The notes below the pieces were generated by a model that saw only the letters and a program-made list of their open reading frames with translations, was not told where the DNA came from and did no database searches. Below, piece by piece: positions 1-9,279 of a stretch of DNA of 64,000 bases (its first letter is position 1; each line of letters begins with the position of its first letter). A program made the position numbers and the translations under genes. This stretch comes from an uncultured delta proteobacterium (GTDB taxonomy: Bacteria > Myxococcota_A > Polyangia > Fen-1088): positions 288,001 through 352,000 of the forward strand of contig CAVTRY010000013.1 of assembly GCA_963737265.1 (NCBI GenBank), read 5' to 3'.

Positions 1-435
1 CTGGTGGATTGGAAGATTCTGGCCAGCGATCTTTCCTCGCGTTCGCTCGAACGAGGCCGAAGGGGCGTGTTCGACGACGAGCAAATCGCCGGTCTGCCCG
101 CAGATTCGGCCGCGCGTTTCTTCACCGAAACCAGCGAGGGTCTGGAGATCGGCGGCGAAGTGAAGGCGCGCGTGGTGTTTCGCCGCCTCAACATCGCGCA
201 ACCGCCCTTTCCGATGACCGGGCCGCTCGATGCGATTTTCTGTCATGAGGGCCTACTGCCGCTGGTGCCCGGGGTTCGTCGCCGCGTGATCGCCGCGGCC
301 AAATCGCTGTTGGCTGAAGATGGTGTTTTCTGCTCGGGCTACGACGAAGGAGTCTTCGATGCGGCACAAGACGCCGATGAAGCGTTTTGGCGGGACGGTA
401 CCAGCGCTTCGCCCCGGCCGCGGGGAAACTGCTGA
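1..435 (+). CDS. cheR: CheR-type chemotaxis methyltransferase, C-terminal part (5' end outside window)
   Basis: WKILASDLS..L..G..GVF, VFRRLNI and PFPMTGPLDAIFC match the CheR C-terminal domain; the usual FCRNV reads FCHEG here. Confidence 0.7.
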   Translation: MVDWKILASDLSSRSLERGRRGVFDDEQIAGLPADSAARFFTETSEGLEIGGEVKARVVFRRLNIAQPPFPMTGPLDAIFCHEGLLPLVPGVRRRVIAAAKSLLAEDGVFCSGYDEGVFDAAQDADEAFWRDGTSASPRPRGNC

Positions 436-448
436 TCGCAAGTGATGG

Positions 449-1676
449 CTACGCCAGCGTGGCGTATTCGCCGAGCAGATCTTCCATGCGACCGAGCACG
501 TCAGCCATGGCCTTTTCGTCGGGCAGAAGCGTGATGCGGAAGTGGTTGCGGTAGGGCACGTTGAAGCTCGACCCTGGCGCCACCAGCACGTGTTTGCGTT
601 CGAGCAGATCGATGGCGAACTTTTCGTCGTCGAAGGCGGGCAGCTTGGTCAGGTCCACGCCGGGGAAGGCGTACAGCGCCCCGCGCGGAGGCACGAGGGT
701 CAGGTACTTGCTGCGTTTCACGCCTTCAATCACCGTGGCTCGCGTCTGGAACAGTCGGCCTCCAGGCTTGGTCAAATCGTGGATGGACTGGTAGCCGCCG
801 AGCGCGGTCTGCACGGCCCACTGGCCAACGACGTTCGAGCACAGGCGTAGCGATGCGATGGTGTCGAGGCCGAGCAGGTAGTCTTGCGCCTGCTGCTTCT
901 CGCCCGAGAAAACCAGCCAACCGACGCGGAACCGCACACGATCGGTAGACCTTGGAAAGGCCGGAAAAGGTTCCGCACAGGGTGTGCTTGACCAGGGGCG
1001 CGACCGGCGTGTATTCGGCGCCTTCGTAGGTAATCTGGTCGTAGATCTCGTCGGTGAAGACCACCAGATCGTGCTTTTCGGCGATCGACACCATCTCTTG
1101 CAGAACCTCGCGCGGATAGACCGCGCCGGTTGGGTTGTTCGGCGAAATGATGACCAGGGCGCGCGTGCGCGGCGTGATCAGCTTGCGCAGAGCGCCTAAG
1201 TCGGGCAACCAATTGAGCTCGCGCGGGCAAGGGTAGTGCACCGCCCTGCCGTCGTTGAGGTGGGTGGCGGCGGTCCACAGCGGGTAGTCGGGACTTGGCA
1301 CCAGCACCTCGTCGCCTTCGTCGAGCAGCGCCCGCAACGAAAACAAGATCAGCTCGCTGACGCCGTTCCCCATGAAGACGTCGTCCACGGTCGTCTCCAT
1401 CACACCGCGGTTCTGCTGCTGCATGACCACCGCCTCGCGCGCCGGAAAGATTCCCTTCTGGTGGCAGTAGGCGTCCGATTCGCGCAGGTTCTCGATCATC
1501 GCCTGCCGCATCGTCTCGGGCGCGCGAAAACCGAACGCGCCGGGGTTGCCGATGTTGAGCTTGACGATCTCGTGACCAGCTTTTTCGAGCTCCGCGGCCC
1601 GGCGTGCCAGCGGTCCGCGAATCTCGTAGCGGACGTTGGCGAGTTGGGAGCTGGCCTTGATGCGATTCATGGTCAT
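449..1676 (-). pseudogene. alaA: PLP-dependent class I aminotransferase (AlaA-like) split by a one-base frameshift near 933-936; pseudogene or sequencing error
   Basis: ORF 726..1676 carries VRYEIRGP, LNIGNP, ISPNNPTG, DEIYD, GLSK; the protein continues as FRVGWLVFSG...LRLCSNV...PGSSF...HFRITLLP in another frame (449..937). Confidence 0.85.
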
Positions 1677-1894
1677 GGCGAGGCACCAAGATAGACCACC
1701 TGCTTGCGATGTAAAAGTCCGCGTGCAGGCGAATCGGCGGAGAGGTTACAAGCCCACGATATCATGGCCGATTCTGGAATATCGGCGATGCGGGTCCGGG
1801 CGCCGTTTGCGTCGGATGGTGCGATGGCTCACTGGCTGTCATGATATTGTTTCTTCACGTTTCCCTTCCATCCAAGCGAGGTTGTTAATCTATC

Positions 1895-3007
1895 GTGCAG
1901 ACCCATCGAAGATTCTTGGTAGCCACGTTCATGATCTTGCTCGGCCAGGCGTGCGCCGGGGCTAAAGTCGATTCCTCAACCACGTTGGGCGGCGATGGTG
2001 GGAGCGGTGGAAGCGGGGGACCGTCAGGCGGCGGCGGAACGGTGTCGATCAACCTGGACGCCGTATCTCTTCCCCCGCCGCACTACGGTCGCGAGGCATC
2101 GGTTGGGGACGCTAAGCCGTATCGTTGTGACGACGCGGGCAATTGCAACATATGTCTGGCGATTCTGTCGTTAGGGCAACCCGCGCACTATGGCGAGCAA
2201 AGCAGCGGCGGGGACAACACGGACGCGTTTCAGAACTTCATGAACACCAACACCAACGCCAAGATGGTGATGCTGAAGACCTACACGCCACTGACCGATT
2301 CGCTGCTGAACCAGTACGACGTCGTCATCTTGCAGGCGCTGGAAGACAACGAATACACTGGATTGTGGAGTTATTCGCAAAGCGACATCGCGGCTCTAAG
2401 CAAGTGGGTAAACAACGGCGGTGCCATCATTTCGATGTCTGGCTACGGCAATAATGTTTCAGAGGTTCAGCCGCTCAATCAGTTGCTGGGTCCGTTCGGA
2501 ATCACCTACAACACGGACAATATTTTCGATGCCAACGCATGTACCGACAACCTTTGCTATTGCTCCTATGGTTCGATTCCATTTACCAACTGGCAAGCGG
2601 GCGATGCCGACGCCGCCGCCATCACGACGAACCACGACAATTCCACCCTTGGCAAGGTGGGTATTTTCCTTGGGCGATCCATCAATTGCAGCGGGGATTG
2701 CAGCATCTTCGCGAAAGATCCCAAGCCCGCCGCCGGCGAAGGCAGCGTTGGTGTGGCGAAAGTCATCGGGAACGGACGGGTATTTGCCTGGGCCGACGAG
2801 TGGATCACCTACACCAGCCAATGGGGCCTGACGCCGGACCCGATGTATGACAATGCCACCACCTATCAACAGTGCGTTGGCCACACGCCGTATACGTCCT
2901 ATGCCGTGCCACAGTTCTGGTACAATGCTTTCAGATGGGCGGCGCCGAGCGCCGCCTGTTTCACGATCGATCAGCCAGCAAATCCCGTCCAACAGATCGT
3001 TTATTAG
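1895..3007 (+). CDS. Lipoprotein with class I glutamine-amidotransferase-like (DUF4350-like) domain
   Basis: Signal peptide with lipobox-like LGQAC, Gly-rich linker, then LNQYDVVIL, WVNNGG, LNQLLGPFG, GRVFAWADEW. Confidence 0.6.
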   Translation: MQTHRRFLVATFMILLGQACAGAKVDSSTTLGGDGGSGGSGGPSGGGGTVSINLDAVSLPPPHYGREASVGDAKPYRCDDAGNCNICLAILSLGQPAHYGEQSSGGDNTDAFQNFMNTNTNAKMVMLKTYTPLTDSLLNQYDVVILQALEDNEYTGLWSYSQSDIAALSKWVNNGGAIISMSGYGNNVSEVQPLNQLLGPFGITYNTDNIFDANACTDNLCYCSYGSIPFTNWQAGDADAAAITTNHDNSTLGKVGIFLGRSINCSGDCSIFAKDPKPAAGEGSVGVAKVIGNGRVFAWADEWITYTSQWGLTPDPMYDNATTYQQCVGHTPYTSYAVPQFWYNAFRWAAPSAACFTIDQPANPVQQIVY

Positions 3008-3063
3008 GCATCTCGGGTTCGCGTATGGGGCGTAGGGCGGGGCGGTGTGCCCAGTGCGTATCA

Positions 3064-3156
3064 CCCTCACCCTGTGGCCCCTCTCCCGGAGCTCTCTCGA
3101 AGGGAGAGGGTGGTCTACCTGCGACCGCTTAACGCCTATGGGGGTCGGGGGTGAGG
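3064..3156. repeat. REP-like palindromic element (CCCTCACCC / CCCTCTCCC..GGGAGAGGG type)
   Basis: ccctcaccc at 3064; ccctctccc 3079-3087 pairs with gggagaggg 3102-3110; ggggtgagg at 3148-3156; intergenic. Confidence 0.55.
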
Positions 3157-3450
3157 AATACTTGCTCCTCCGTGGCACTGGCCATCGTCTCGCGGCCACG
3201 GCTCGCCTCCCATTTGCACCCCAGCCCTGAATGCCAATTTCTGGACACAGCTTGAGTGGCGAAACGTTCGAGCACCCCGTGGCGCGTCATTCCGAGCACG
3301 CGAATCTTGATCGCCTGCGCCTCGGCGAGCCGGGCCTTGATCACTTCACCAGAAGGTCGGGGAGTTGTTGCCGGTTCGACACACAAGATTGCGATACTAA
3401 CTGCCCGTGGAACATCCGCGACGTTCGGCAAGGATCAATCTGGTGCTGCC

Positions 3451-5826
3451 ATGAGCCGCCTGGCCCAAGCATTCTCCGAACCCGTTGTCCGGTCGGTGGA
3501 CAATTCGGCGCCGCCCTCCGCGGAGCGGTTGCGCGATGCCCTCGGCATGCGCGACGTAAGCGACCTCGACCGTCTGCCATTCGTGGGCGAGGACACCACC
3601 GCGGGCAGCGAAGCGGAACTGCAAGCGTCGGTCCAGGGCTGTCGGCAAACCGTGGACTTGCCTCGGGTCGTGGCGCAATCGGATTTCTTCGCCAACATCG
3701 TGCGCCGTGCGGCCGTCGGTGACACCGCGGCGCGCGCGGTGCATGCGCTCGAACGCTTTCTCGACGAGAACCGCGACGGCGTTTGGGACAACAGTTGGGT
3801 GCGTTTTCCCCGGCAACTGCTCGGACGGGCGGCGGCCGACACGCTGATGAACGATCTCTACGCAGACAAGGCCAATCCGCCCAGTGGATTGCGTAGCGAT
3901 CTCACTAGTTTCCTAGCCGAGGAACGCGGCATTGAATACGTTCGCGTCCCCATCAGCTACCTGCTCAAACTGGCCCTGGCCGACGCGGTCGCGGCCTTGC
4001 GCGAGGCGCCCGAGGCGGTTCGCAAGACCGGCCGTCGGCTGCTCGACAACTTCCTCAGCGACAACACCTCGCCCGAAACCTGCTCGTTCAACGTGGTTTC
4101 GCTGTCGCCTTCGGCGGGCGGCGGTCGGGTGCTCGCGCGCGAGGCGGGTCGACGCTTTCTTCTTACGCAATTGCTACTTGCCTACGCCAACCGACGCTAC
4201 GAGCTCGAAGCCACGGGACAGAAGGCGGCTGCCTGCCACGCGCCGACTCCGCCCGTACGGCAACGCGAGCTCAACGAGCTCATCTCCGACTCCTTTTACC
4301 GCGAGGTCTTCATGAATCCCTGCCTGTCGGGCTGGGATCGCGGCGAGGAGAAACGCGCCTACATGGGCCTGTGCCACGAGGTACTCTCGCGCAGCCAACT
4401 CAACGGCGTAAAGAAGCTGCGCGACGCGGGCATCATCTACAACAACCTCGTCGTCATGCCGAACACCTCGAACACCAGTCTTGCCAACAACGGTGTTCAC
4501 GTGAGTCTAGGCAGCAGGCGCCTGACCGCTCTGGTCGCGGCAAACAACGACCGCTTCGGTCCGCGCGACGAAAAGCATTTCGGGGATCTCGCCATCAAGA
4601 TCATGGAGCACTTCCTGCCGCTGTTCGTCGGCACCTACAGCGCGGCTCCGTATCGACTGGGCTTTCGCGATCTCCACCCGGAGACCGCGCTCGGCTTTCT
4701 GCCGCACGAACTGGATTTTACCCATCTGCGCATGCTGTGGCGTCGCTGGAAAGGCAAGGCCTCGATGCATGCCTTCGGTATGACCTTGACCCCGTGTGGA
4801 CCGGCGTGGATCGATCGCGCTCTCAGCACGGTGTTCGGCCTGCGCGGGGATTGGGTGCCGGATTTTCGCCTCATCGACTATTTGGTCTTCCTGATGAGCA
4901 CCCACACCAGTCCGTCGCTAAGTGGCGCCCTCGGCAACTCCGACCGCCTTAAACGAGATCTTGCCAGCATGGGCGTCTTCGACGCGCGCATGTCGCTCTA
5001 CCTGCTCGTCAAGCTGCGCGAGCAAGCCGTGATGGGATTTTCTGGCTTCGAAGGCCGCCAATACAGCCTGTTCGAGCGCTTCGCCGGCGACATGGCGCCT
5101 GCGGTCGGCCTGCAAAACCTTCTGTGTGCCCTGTCCTACCGGCTGATGGCGTCGGGCGCGGCGACACACGCCGATATTCCGGACGGCCCCACCATTGAAA
5201 GCGAACGGCGCCAAGTGGTATTCGATTGCGCCATTGGACTGCCGACCTTCTTCGTCAACCAAGAGACGCCCAACCGATTCTTGAAAGCGATCCTCGAGCG
5301 CACCCAAGGCATTCGATCCAGTCGGCGTTACCCGGGCTACTGGCGCGTGGCGACCGACGAGTATCGTCGCGGCCTCGTGCGCTACATCCGCGAGGAAGCC
5401 GCCGACCTGGTCGAGGCGCTTGGCGTGGAGGAAACCCTGGGCGATCTCTTGCGCCGGATCGACGAACCGGAAGCACGCGCCGCCTATCGCCTGACGAGCG
5501 GTATCTTGGACCTGACCGGCGGGCGCGATCCAATGAAGGTCGAGGCGCGCACGTTCAACCTCGCCGCTGAAGCCTACTATCGCGGGCCACTCCGCAAGGC
5601 GCAGCTTGCCGAGTCCCTGGACCTTCTGCGCGAGGAATTCACCGAGCCCATGCTCCGGTTGTGGGCTGCGCAAGGCGCTGGACTGCAATCGGTGGCCGAT
5701 CCCGATGGCTACCTCGCCGCGGTCAAGAACGACGTGGTCGAGGACCGCATCAACACCGAGGTGGTCCTACAACTCATCGGGCTTATTCTGCTCGTGACCT
5801 TGAACGCGGAGCCCACGGATGGTTGA
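3451..5826 (+). CDS. Large uncharacterised protein, putative glutamate-cysteine ligase (GCS2/glutamine synthetase-fold) carboxylate-amine ligase
   Basis: Long ORF (ATG 3451, alternative GTG 3256) with ordered motifs AGSEAELQ, NGVHVSLG, FLPLFVGTYSAAPY, GFEGR; 3' end overlaps the next gene. Confidence 0.55.
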   Translation: MSRLAQAFSEPVVRSVDNSAPPSAERLRDALGMRDVSDLDRLPFVGEDTTAGSEAELQASVQGCRQTVDLPRVVAQSDFFANIVRRAAVGDTAARAVHALERFLDENRDGVWDNSWVRFPRQLLGRAAADTLMNDLYADKANPPSGLRSDLTSFLAEERGIEYVRVPISYLLKLALADAVAALREAPEAVRKTGRRLLDNFLSDNTSPETCSFNVVSLSPSAGGGRVLAREAGRRFLLTQLLLAYANRRYELEATGQKAAACHAPTPPVRQRELNELISDSFYREVFMNPCLSGWDRGEEKRAYMGLCHEVLSRSQLNGVKKLRDAGIIYNNLVVMPNTSNTSLANNGVHVSLGSRRLTALVAANNDRFGPRDEKHFGDLAIKIMEHFLPLFVGTYSAAPYRLGFRDLHPETALGFLPHELDFTHLRMLWRRWKGKASMHAFGMTLTPCGPAWIDRALSTVFGLRGDWVPDFRLIDYLVFLMSTHTSPSLSGALGNSDRLKRDLASMGVFDARMSLYLLVKLREQAVMGFSGFEGRQYSLFERFAGDMAPAVGLQNLLCALSYRLMASGAATHADIPDGPTIESERRQVVFDCAIGLPTFFVNQETPNRFLKAILERTQGIRSSRRYPGYWRVATDEYRRGLVRYIREEAADLVEALGVEETLGDLLRRIDEPEARAAYRLTSGILDLTGGRDPMKVEARTFNLAAEAYYRGPLRKAQLAESLDLLREEFTEPMLRLWAAQGAGLQSVADPDGYLAAVKNDVVEDRINTEVVLQLIGLILLVTLNAEPTDG

Positions 5827-6832
5827 GGCCGTCTGCCGCCATCAATACGTGGAACGGCAATCCGGGGACGTGCGCGACGAACAGCTCTTTTGGGATGGCG
5901 CGATTCGCTTTCTCTATTCGTCGGTGCGCGAACGGGCGCCGGCGCTCTTTGCGGCCTTGACCAGCCAGCGCATGTCGTCGGTGCTGCGCTTCTTGAACTA
6001 CGATCTGTTTGTCTGCCGGCGCTTCACGGGCGCCCGCCGCTTCATCGAGGCCTCCGGAATCGACCTCGGCGAGTGTTTGGACGAGCCGGAGTCGCTCGAC
6101 ACCCTGACCCGTATCTTCGAGCGCAGAATTCGCTACTGGGATTGCCGCCCCATGCTTGAGCGCGAATCCGTCGTCGTGTCGCCAGCGGACGCGCGCATGG
6201 TCTGTGGATCGCTGTCGAGCGAGTCGATGTTGAATATCAAAGGCAAATTCTTCGACCTCGAGGAATTGCTGGGTAACAGGGCCGATTACGCGCGCCGCTT
6301 CACCGAGGGCGATTGGGCGGTGTTCCGTTTGACGCCGGACAAGTACCACTACAACCATGCGCCGGTGGCCGGCGTGGTGATGGATTTCTTCGAAGTGTCG
6401 GGCGCCAACCACTCGTGCAACCCCAATGCCGTGGTGGAAGTCGTGACTCCGTTTTCGAAAAATCGCCGCGCCGTCACTCTCATCGACACGGACGTTCCGC
6501 ACGGCAGCGGCGTGGGCCTCGTCGCCATGATCGAAGTTGCGGCGTTGATGATTGGTGGCATCGTGCAGTGCTATTGCGACTCTCGCTACGAGAACCCACG
6601 AATCGTCGAGCGGGGCCTATTCGTCCGCCGAGGCGCGCCCAAGAGCCGCTATCGTCCAGGCGGCAGTACCGATGTACTGCTTTTCGAAGCTGGCCGGATC
6701 CGCTTTCGCGAGGATCTACTGCGCAACCAACAACGGACGGACGTGGCGAGCCGGTTCTCGACGGGATTTGGCCACCCGCTGGCCGAAACCGACGTGCGCG
6801 TGCGCTCCGCCATCGCCGAGCAAGCTCCGTGA
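5819..6832 (+). CDS. Phosphatidylserine decarboxylase family (pyruvoyl-dependent) proenzyme
   Basis: VVSPADAR, IKG..F, FRLTPDKYHYNHAPVAG, N.R, IEVAALMIG.I and GGST self-cleavage motif. Confidence 0.88.
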   Translation: MVEAVCRHQYVERQSGDVRDEQLFWDGAIRFLYSSVRERAPALFAALTSQRMSSVLRFLNYDLFVCRRFTGARRFIEASGIDLGECLDEPESLDTLTRIFERRIRYWDCRPMLERESVVVSPADARMVCGSLSSESMLNIKGKFFDLEELLGNRADYARRFTEGDWAVFRLTPDKYHYNHAPVAGVVMDFFEVSGANHSCNPNAVVEVVTPFSKNRRAVTLIDTDVPHGSGVGLVAMIEVAALMIGGIVQCYCDSRYENPRIVERGLFVRRGAPKSRYRPGGSTDVLLFEAGRIRFREDLLRNQQRTDVASRFSTGFGHPLAETDVRVRSAIAEQAP

Positions 6833-7860
6833 ACGCCAACGTCGCATTTTGGACCGTTCTGGCCGTGGCGGCGATGGCGATCCTTGTATGGGGCGTTCGC
6901 GTGCTGCCGCGCGAGCATATGCAGATCCTTGCGACCATGCCGCTGCGGCGGGCGCCCGACGGCCAGTGGGAAGGGGTGAATTTGACCTGGTATGGGGTGC
7001 TGCAAGCGTTCTCGACGGTGGTGAGCGTAGCGCTCGCGCTCGTTCTGGCGGTTTCCGCCGAAGTGCCAATCCTCTACATCGTCGCCCTGACAGGCTTGCT
7101 CTTGCTCATCTGTCTGCCCGCCGCCCGCGTGGTGGCACGTTTGGTGGAACGTAAGAAGGACACCTTCACGGTGGGCGGCGCCGTGTTCGTCGGGATCTTG
7201 CTGATGCCCTGGCTTGCCCAAATTTTGGACCGCATGGGCGGCGAGTCACATGCGCTCGCGAGCATGAGCGCGCTGGCCGTCTGCTATCCTTTAGGGGAAG
7301 GATTCGGCAGGTTGGCCTGTATCAGCTTCGGGTGTTGCTACGGTCGCCGGCTCAACCGCTGTGGACCTTGGTTGCGCCGGATCTTCGGCCGCGTACCCGC
7401 AATCGTCGTCGGGCCCACGCGCAAGGCTGCCTACGCGGGGCAATGCGACGGGGTTCCGCTCCTCCCCGTCCCAGCTCTTGGCGCCTTTGTTCTTTGTGCG
7501 GCGGGCCTGCTCGGCGTGGCCTTGTTTCTTTTCGGGAATTTTCGCGGGGCGGGCGTCTCTGCCCTGCTTGTCGCATTTCTTTGGCGCTTCGGCAGCGAGT
7601 TCCTGCGCGCCGACTATCGTGGCGGCGGCCGCGTGAGTGCCTACCAGTGGATGGCGCTGTTGTCTATCGGCTACGCGCTTGGGACGTTTTGTCTATTGCC
7701 CGCAACCGCTCGACGTCCATTGGTGTCGCGCGGCCTGGCGTTCCTTTGGACGCCGTCTGCACTGCTGCTACTGGCCGGGCTTGGCGTCGCCGTGTTCGTC
7801 TATCTCGGGGTCAGCCGGGTCACGGACGCCAGGGTTACGCTCAAGGTTCGCGCGGACTAA
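6829..7860 (+). CDS. Prolipoprotein diacylglyceryl transferase (Lgt)-family membrane protein, divergent
   Basis: GTG start overlaps the psd stop (GTGA); many TM segments; WYG, GEGFGRLACISFGCCYG, WRFGSEFLRAD. Confidence 0.78.
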   Translation: MNANVAFWTVLAVAAMAILVWGVRVLPREHMQILATMPLRRAPDGQWEGVNLTWYGVLQAFSTVVSVALALVLAVSAEVPILYIVALTGLLLLICLPAARVVARLVERKKDTFTVGGAVFVGILLMPWLAQILDRMGGESHALASMSALAVCYPLGEGFGRLACISFGCCYGRRLNRCGPWLRRIFGRVPAIVVGPTRKAAYAGQCDGVPLLPVPALGAFVLCAAGLLGVALFLFGNFRGAGVSALLVAFLWRFGSEFLRADYRGGGRVSAYQWMALLSIGYALGTFCLLPATARRPLVSRGLAFLWTPSALLLLAGLGVAVFVYLGVSRVTDARVTLKVRAD

Positions 7861-7905
7861 ATGAACGCGAACCTAATTGAGATCCAGCCGCTCGCTCCAG
7901 TTCGT
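7845..7905 (+). repeat. 61-bp direct repeat, copy 1 (end of lgt-like gene plus pilY1 3' end)
   Basis: ggttcgcgcggactaaatgaacgcgaacctaattgagatccagccgctcgctccagttcgt is identical to 9264..9324. Confidence 0.95.
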
Positions 7906-7919
7906 TCTCCGAAAATCTT

Positions 7920-8951
7920 CTATCGACCGACACCAAGGCCACGAAGATCGGCGACAAGTTGCTGATCCAGTCGCTCAATCGAAGCGCGGGCGGCACTGGT
8001 CCATGCCTTGCCGTGACGTGAGAGCGCCTTCCAGGCCAAGGTTATCTCGCCGGGCAACTCGGACAGCAGCACGCGCAGAAGCGCGCCGGCCTGGGCGCGA
8101 TCCTTGGGCGCTTTGGGTATGCCGGAAGTCCCACGCCGCGTGGCTACGATCAACTTGTGAAGCGCAAACCGACCTGGCCGAGGAACATTGACCAGAACGC
8201 CTGCGCCCCCAAGAACCGCCGCCGGCTGAGTATCTTCGATGAGGTAGTCGAGAAATCGCAGGGGCGTCGCGGCCACGCCAAGGACTGGGATCTCGATCGG
8301 TCGCCTGTTCTCCTTGCCAACCATTGGCGTCAAGATCTCGACTTCAATGTCGGCCCCTCGGACGCGGAATGAAGTCGCGGGATCCGCCGAGCTCAGAACC
8401 GAAAAGCGGGGCACGGGATCGCCAAGCGCCTTGCGAATGTCAGCGGGTGAGCCCTCGCTTGCCAGAGCAACCGCGATGCGATGGTCGTGCGCGATGTCCA
8501 CGTCGCCGGTGCGCACGATGGCCTCCTGCCAGCGCACGCCGAGCATGTTTCCCAATACGGCAAAGGCGTGGGAACCGACCAGCACACCTCCAACGCGGAA
8601 AACCGGCGACAATCGCTGCAGCACCTCGGCCTCGGCGGCCCCAATCACATAGGCCCCCCCAGCACGAGCCATGGCCACTAACTCGGCGCGTCTCGCTGCC
8701 TCGGTTCGCGACTGCCGCCACCTTTCGACCAGCGCCTCGACCTCTGGACTTTCCGGGCCGATGTAACTTTGCACCTTCTTCCCGCCCTCACGCCGTTGGG
8801 CATACCAGTAGCGACGGCCACGGATGGTCTTGGACACAAGCGATGCAGAGCCGGCTGGGCTGCCAACCTCCGCCGTCAGCAGCAGGTCGACTAGACGTGC
8901 GTATGCTGTCTGGGTCAGGAGTGGGAGCTTGCTGAATTCGGCCACGGCCAT
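7920..8951 (-). CDS. GSU2403-family nucleotidyltransferase-fold protein
   Basis: SKTIRGRRYWY..SYIGP N-terminal domain, LVGSHAF, TGDVD, PLRFLDYL, VP.PGRFALHKL, KDRAQA; ATG at 8951 preferred over 9083. Confidence 0.8.
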   Translation of the reverse strand: MAVAEFSKLPLLTQTAYARLVDLLLTAEVGSPAGSASLVSKTIRGRRYWYAQRREGGKKVQSYIGPESPEVEALVERWRQSRTEAARRAELVAMARAGGAYVIGAAEAEVLQRLSPVFRVGGVLVGSHAFAVLGNMLGVRWQEAIVRTGDVDIAHDHRIAVALASEGSPADIRKALGDPVPRFSVLSSADPATSFRVRGADIEVEILTPMVGKENRRPIEIPVLGVAATPLRFLDYLIEDTQPAAVLGGAGVLVNVPRPGRFALHKLIVATRRGTSGIPKAPKDRAQAGALLRVLLSELPGEITLAWKALSRHGKAWTSAARASIERLDQQLVADLRGLGVGR

Positions 8952-8952
8952 C

Positions 8953-8982
8953 TTATACGCCAAATGGTAGCATGGCGTATAA
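8953..8982. promoter_or_regulatory. Perfect 10-bp inverted repeat (operator-like) just upstream of the nucleotidyltransferase start
   Basis: ttatacgcca (8953-8962), 10-bp spacer, tggcgtataa (8973-8982). Confidence 0.6.
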
Positions 8983-9071
8983 TGGGTGGCCAGGTAGGTC
9001 CTTTCGCCGGCGACGCCTTCGCTCTGCAAGACGACATCGGCTTGTACAGCCGTCCGATCGGGCTCCTCAAC

Positions 9072-9279
9072 GGGGTGCTGCAAGCGTTCTCGACGGTGGT
9101 GAGCGTAGCGCTCGCGCTCGTTCTGGCGGTTTCCGCCGAAGTGCCAATCCTCTACGTCGCCGTGTTCGTCGGGATCGTGCTGATGCCCTTGGATGGCGCT
9201 GCTGTCTATCGGCTACGCGCTTGGGACGCTTTGTCTATTGCCCGCAACCGCTCGACGTCCATTGGTTCGCGCGGACTAA
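9072..9279 (+). pseudogene. Internally deleted relic copy of the lgt-like gene
   Basis: Joined near-identical pieces of 6994-7086, 7179-7210, 7648-7724 and 7845-7860, with a few substitutions and a 3-bp deletion. Confidence 0.9.

Noticed and set aside
925-945. Programmed ribosomal frameshift in the aminotransferase
   Set aside because: No slippery heptamer or homopolymer at the site
6313-6828. Long N-terminal extension of the lgt-like ORF
   Set aside because: Overlaps psd and translates to non-protein-like sequence; GTG 6829 gives normal translational coupling
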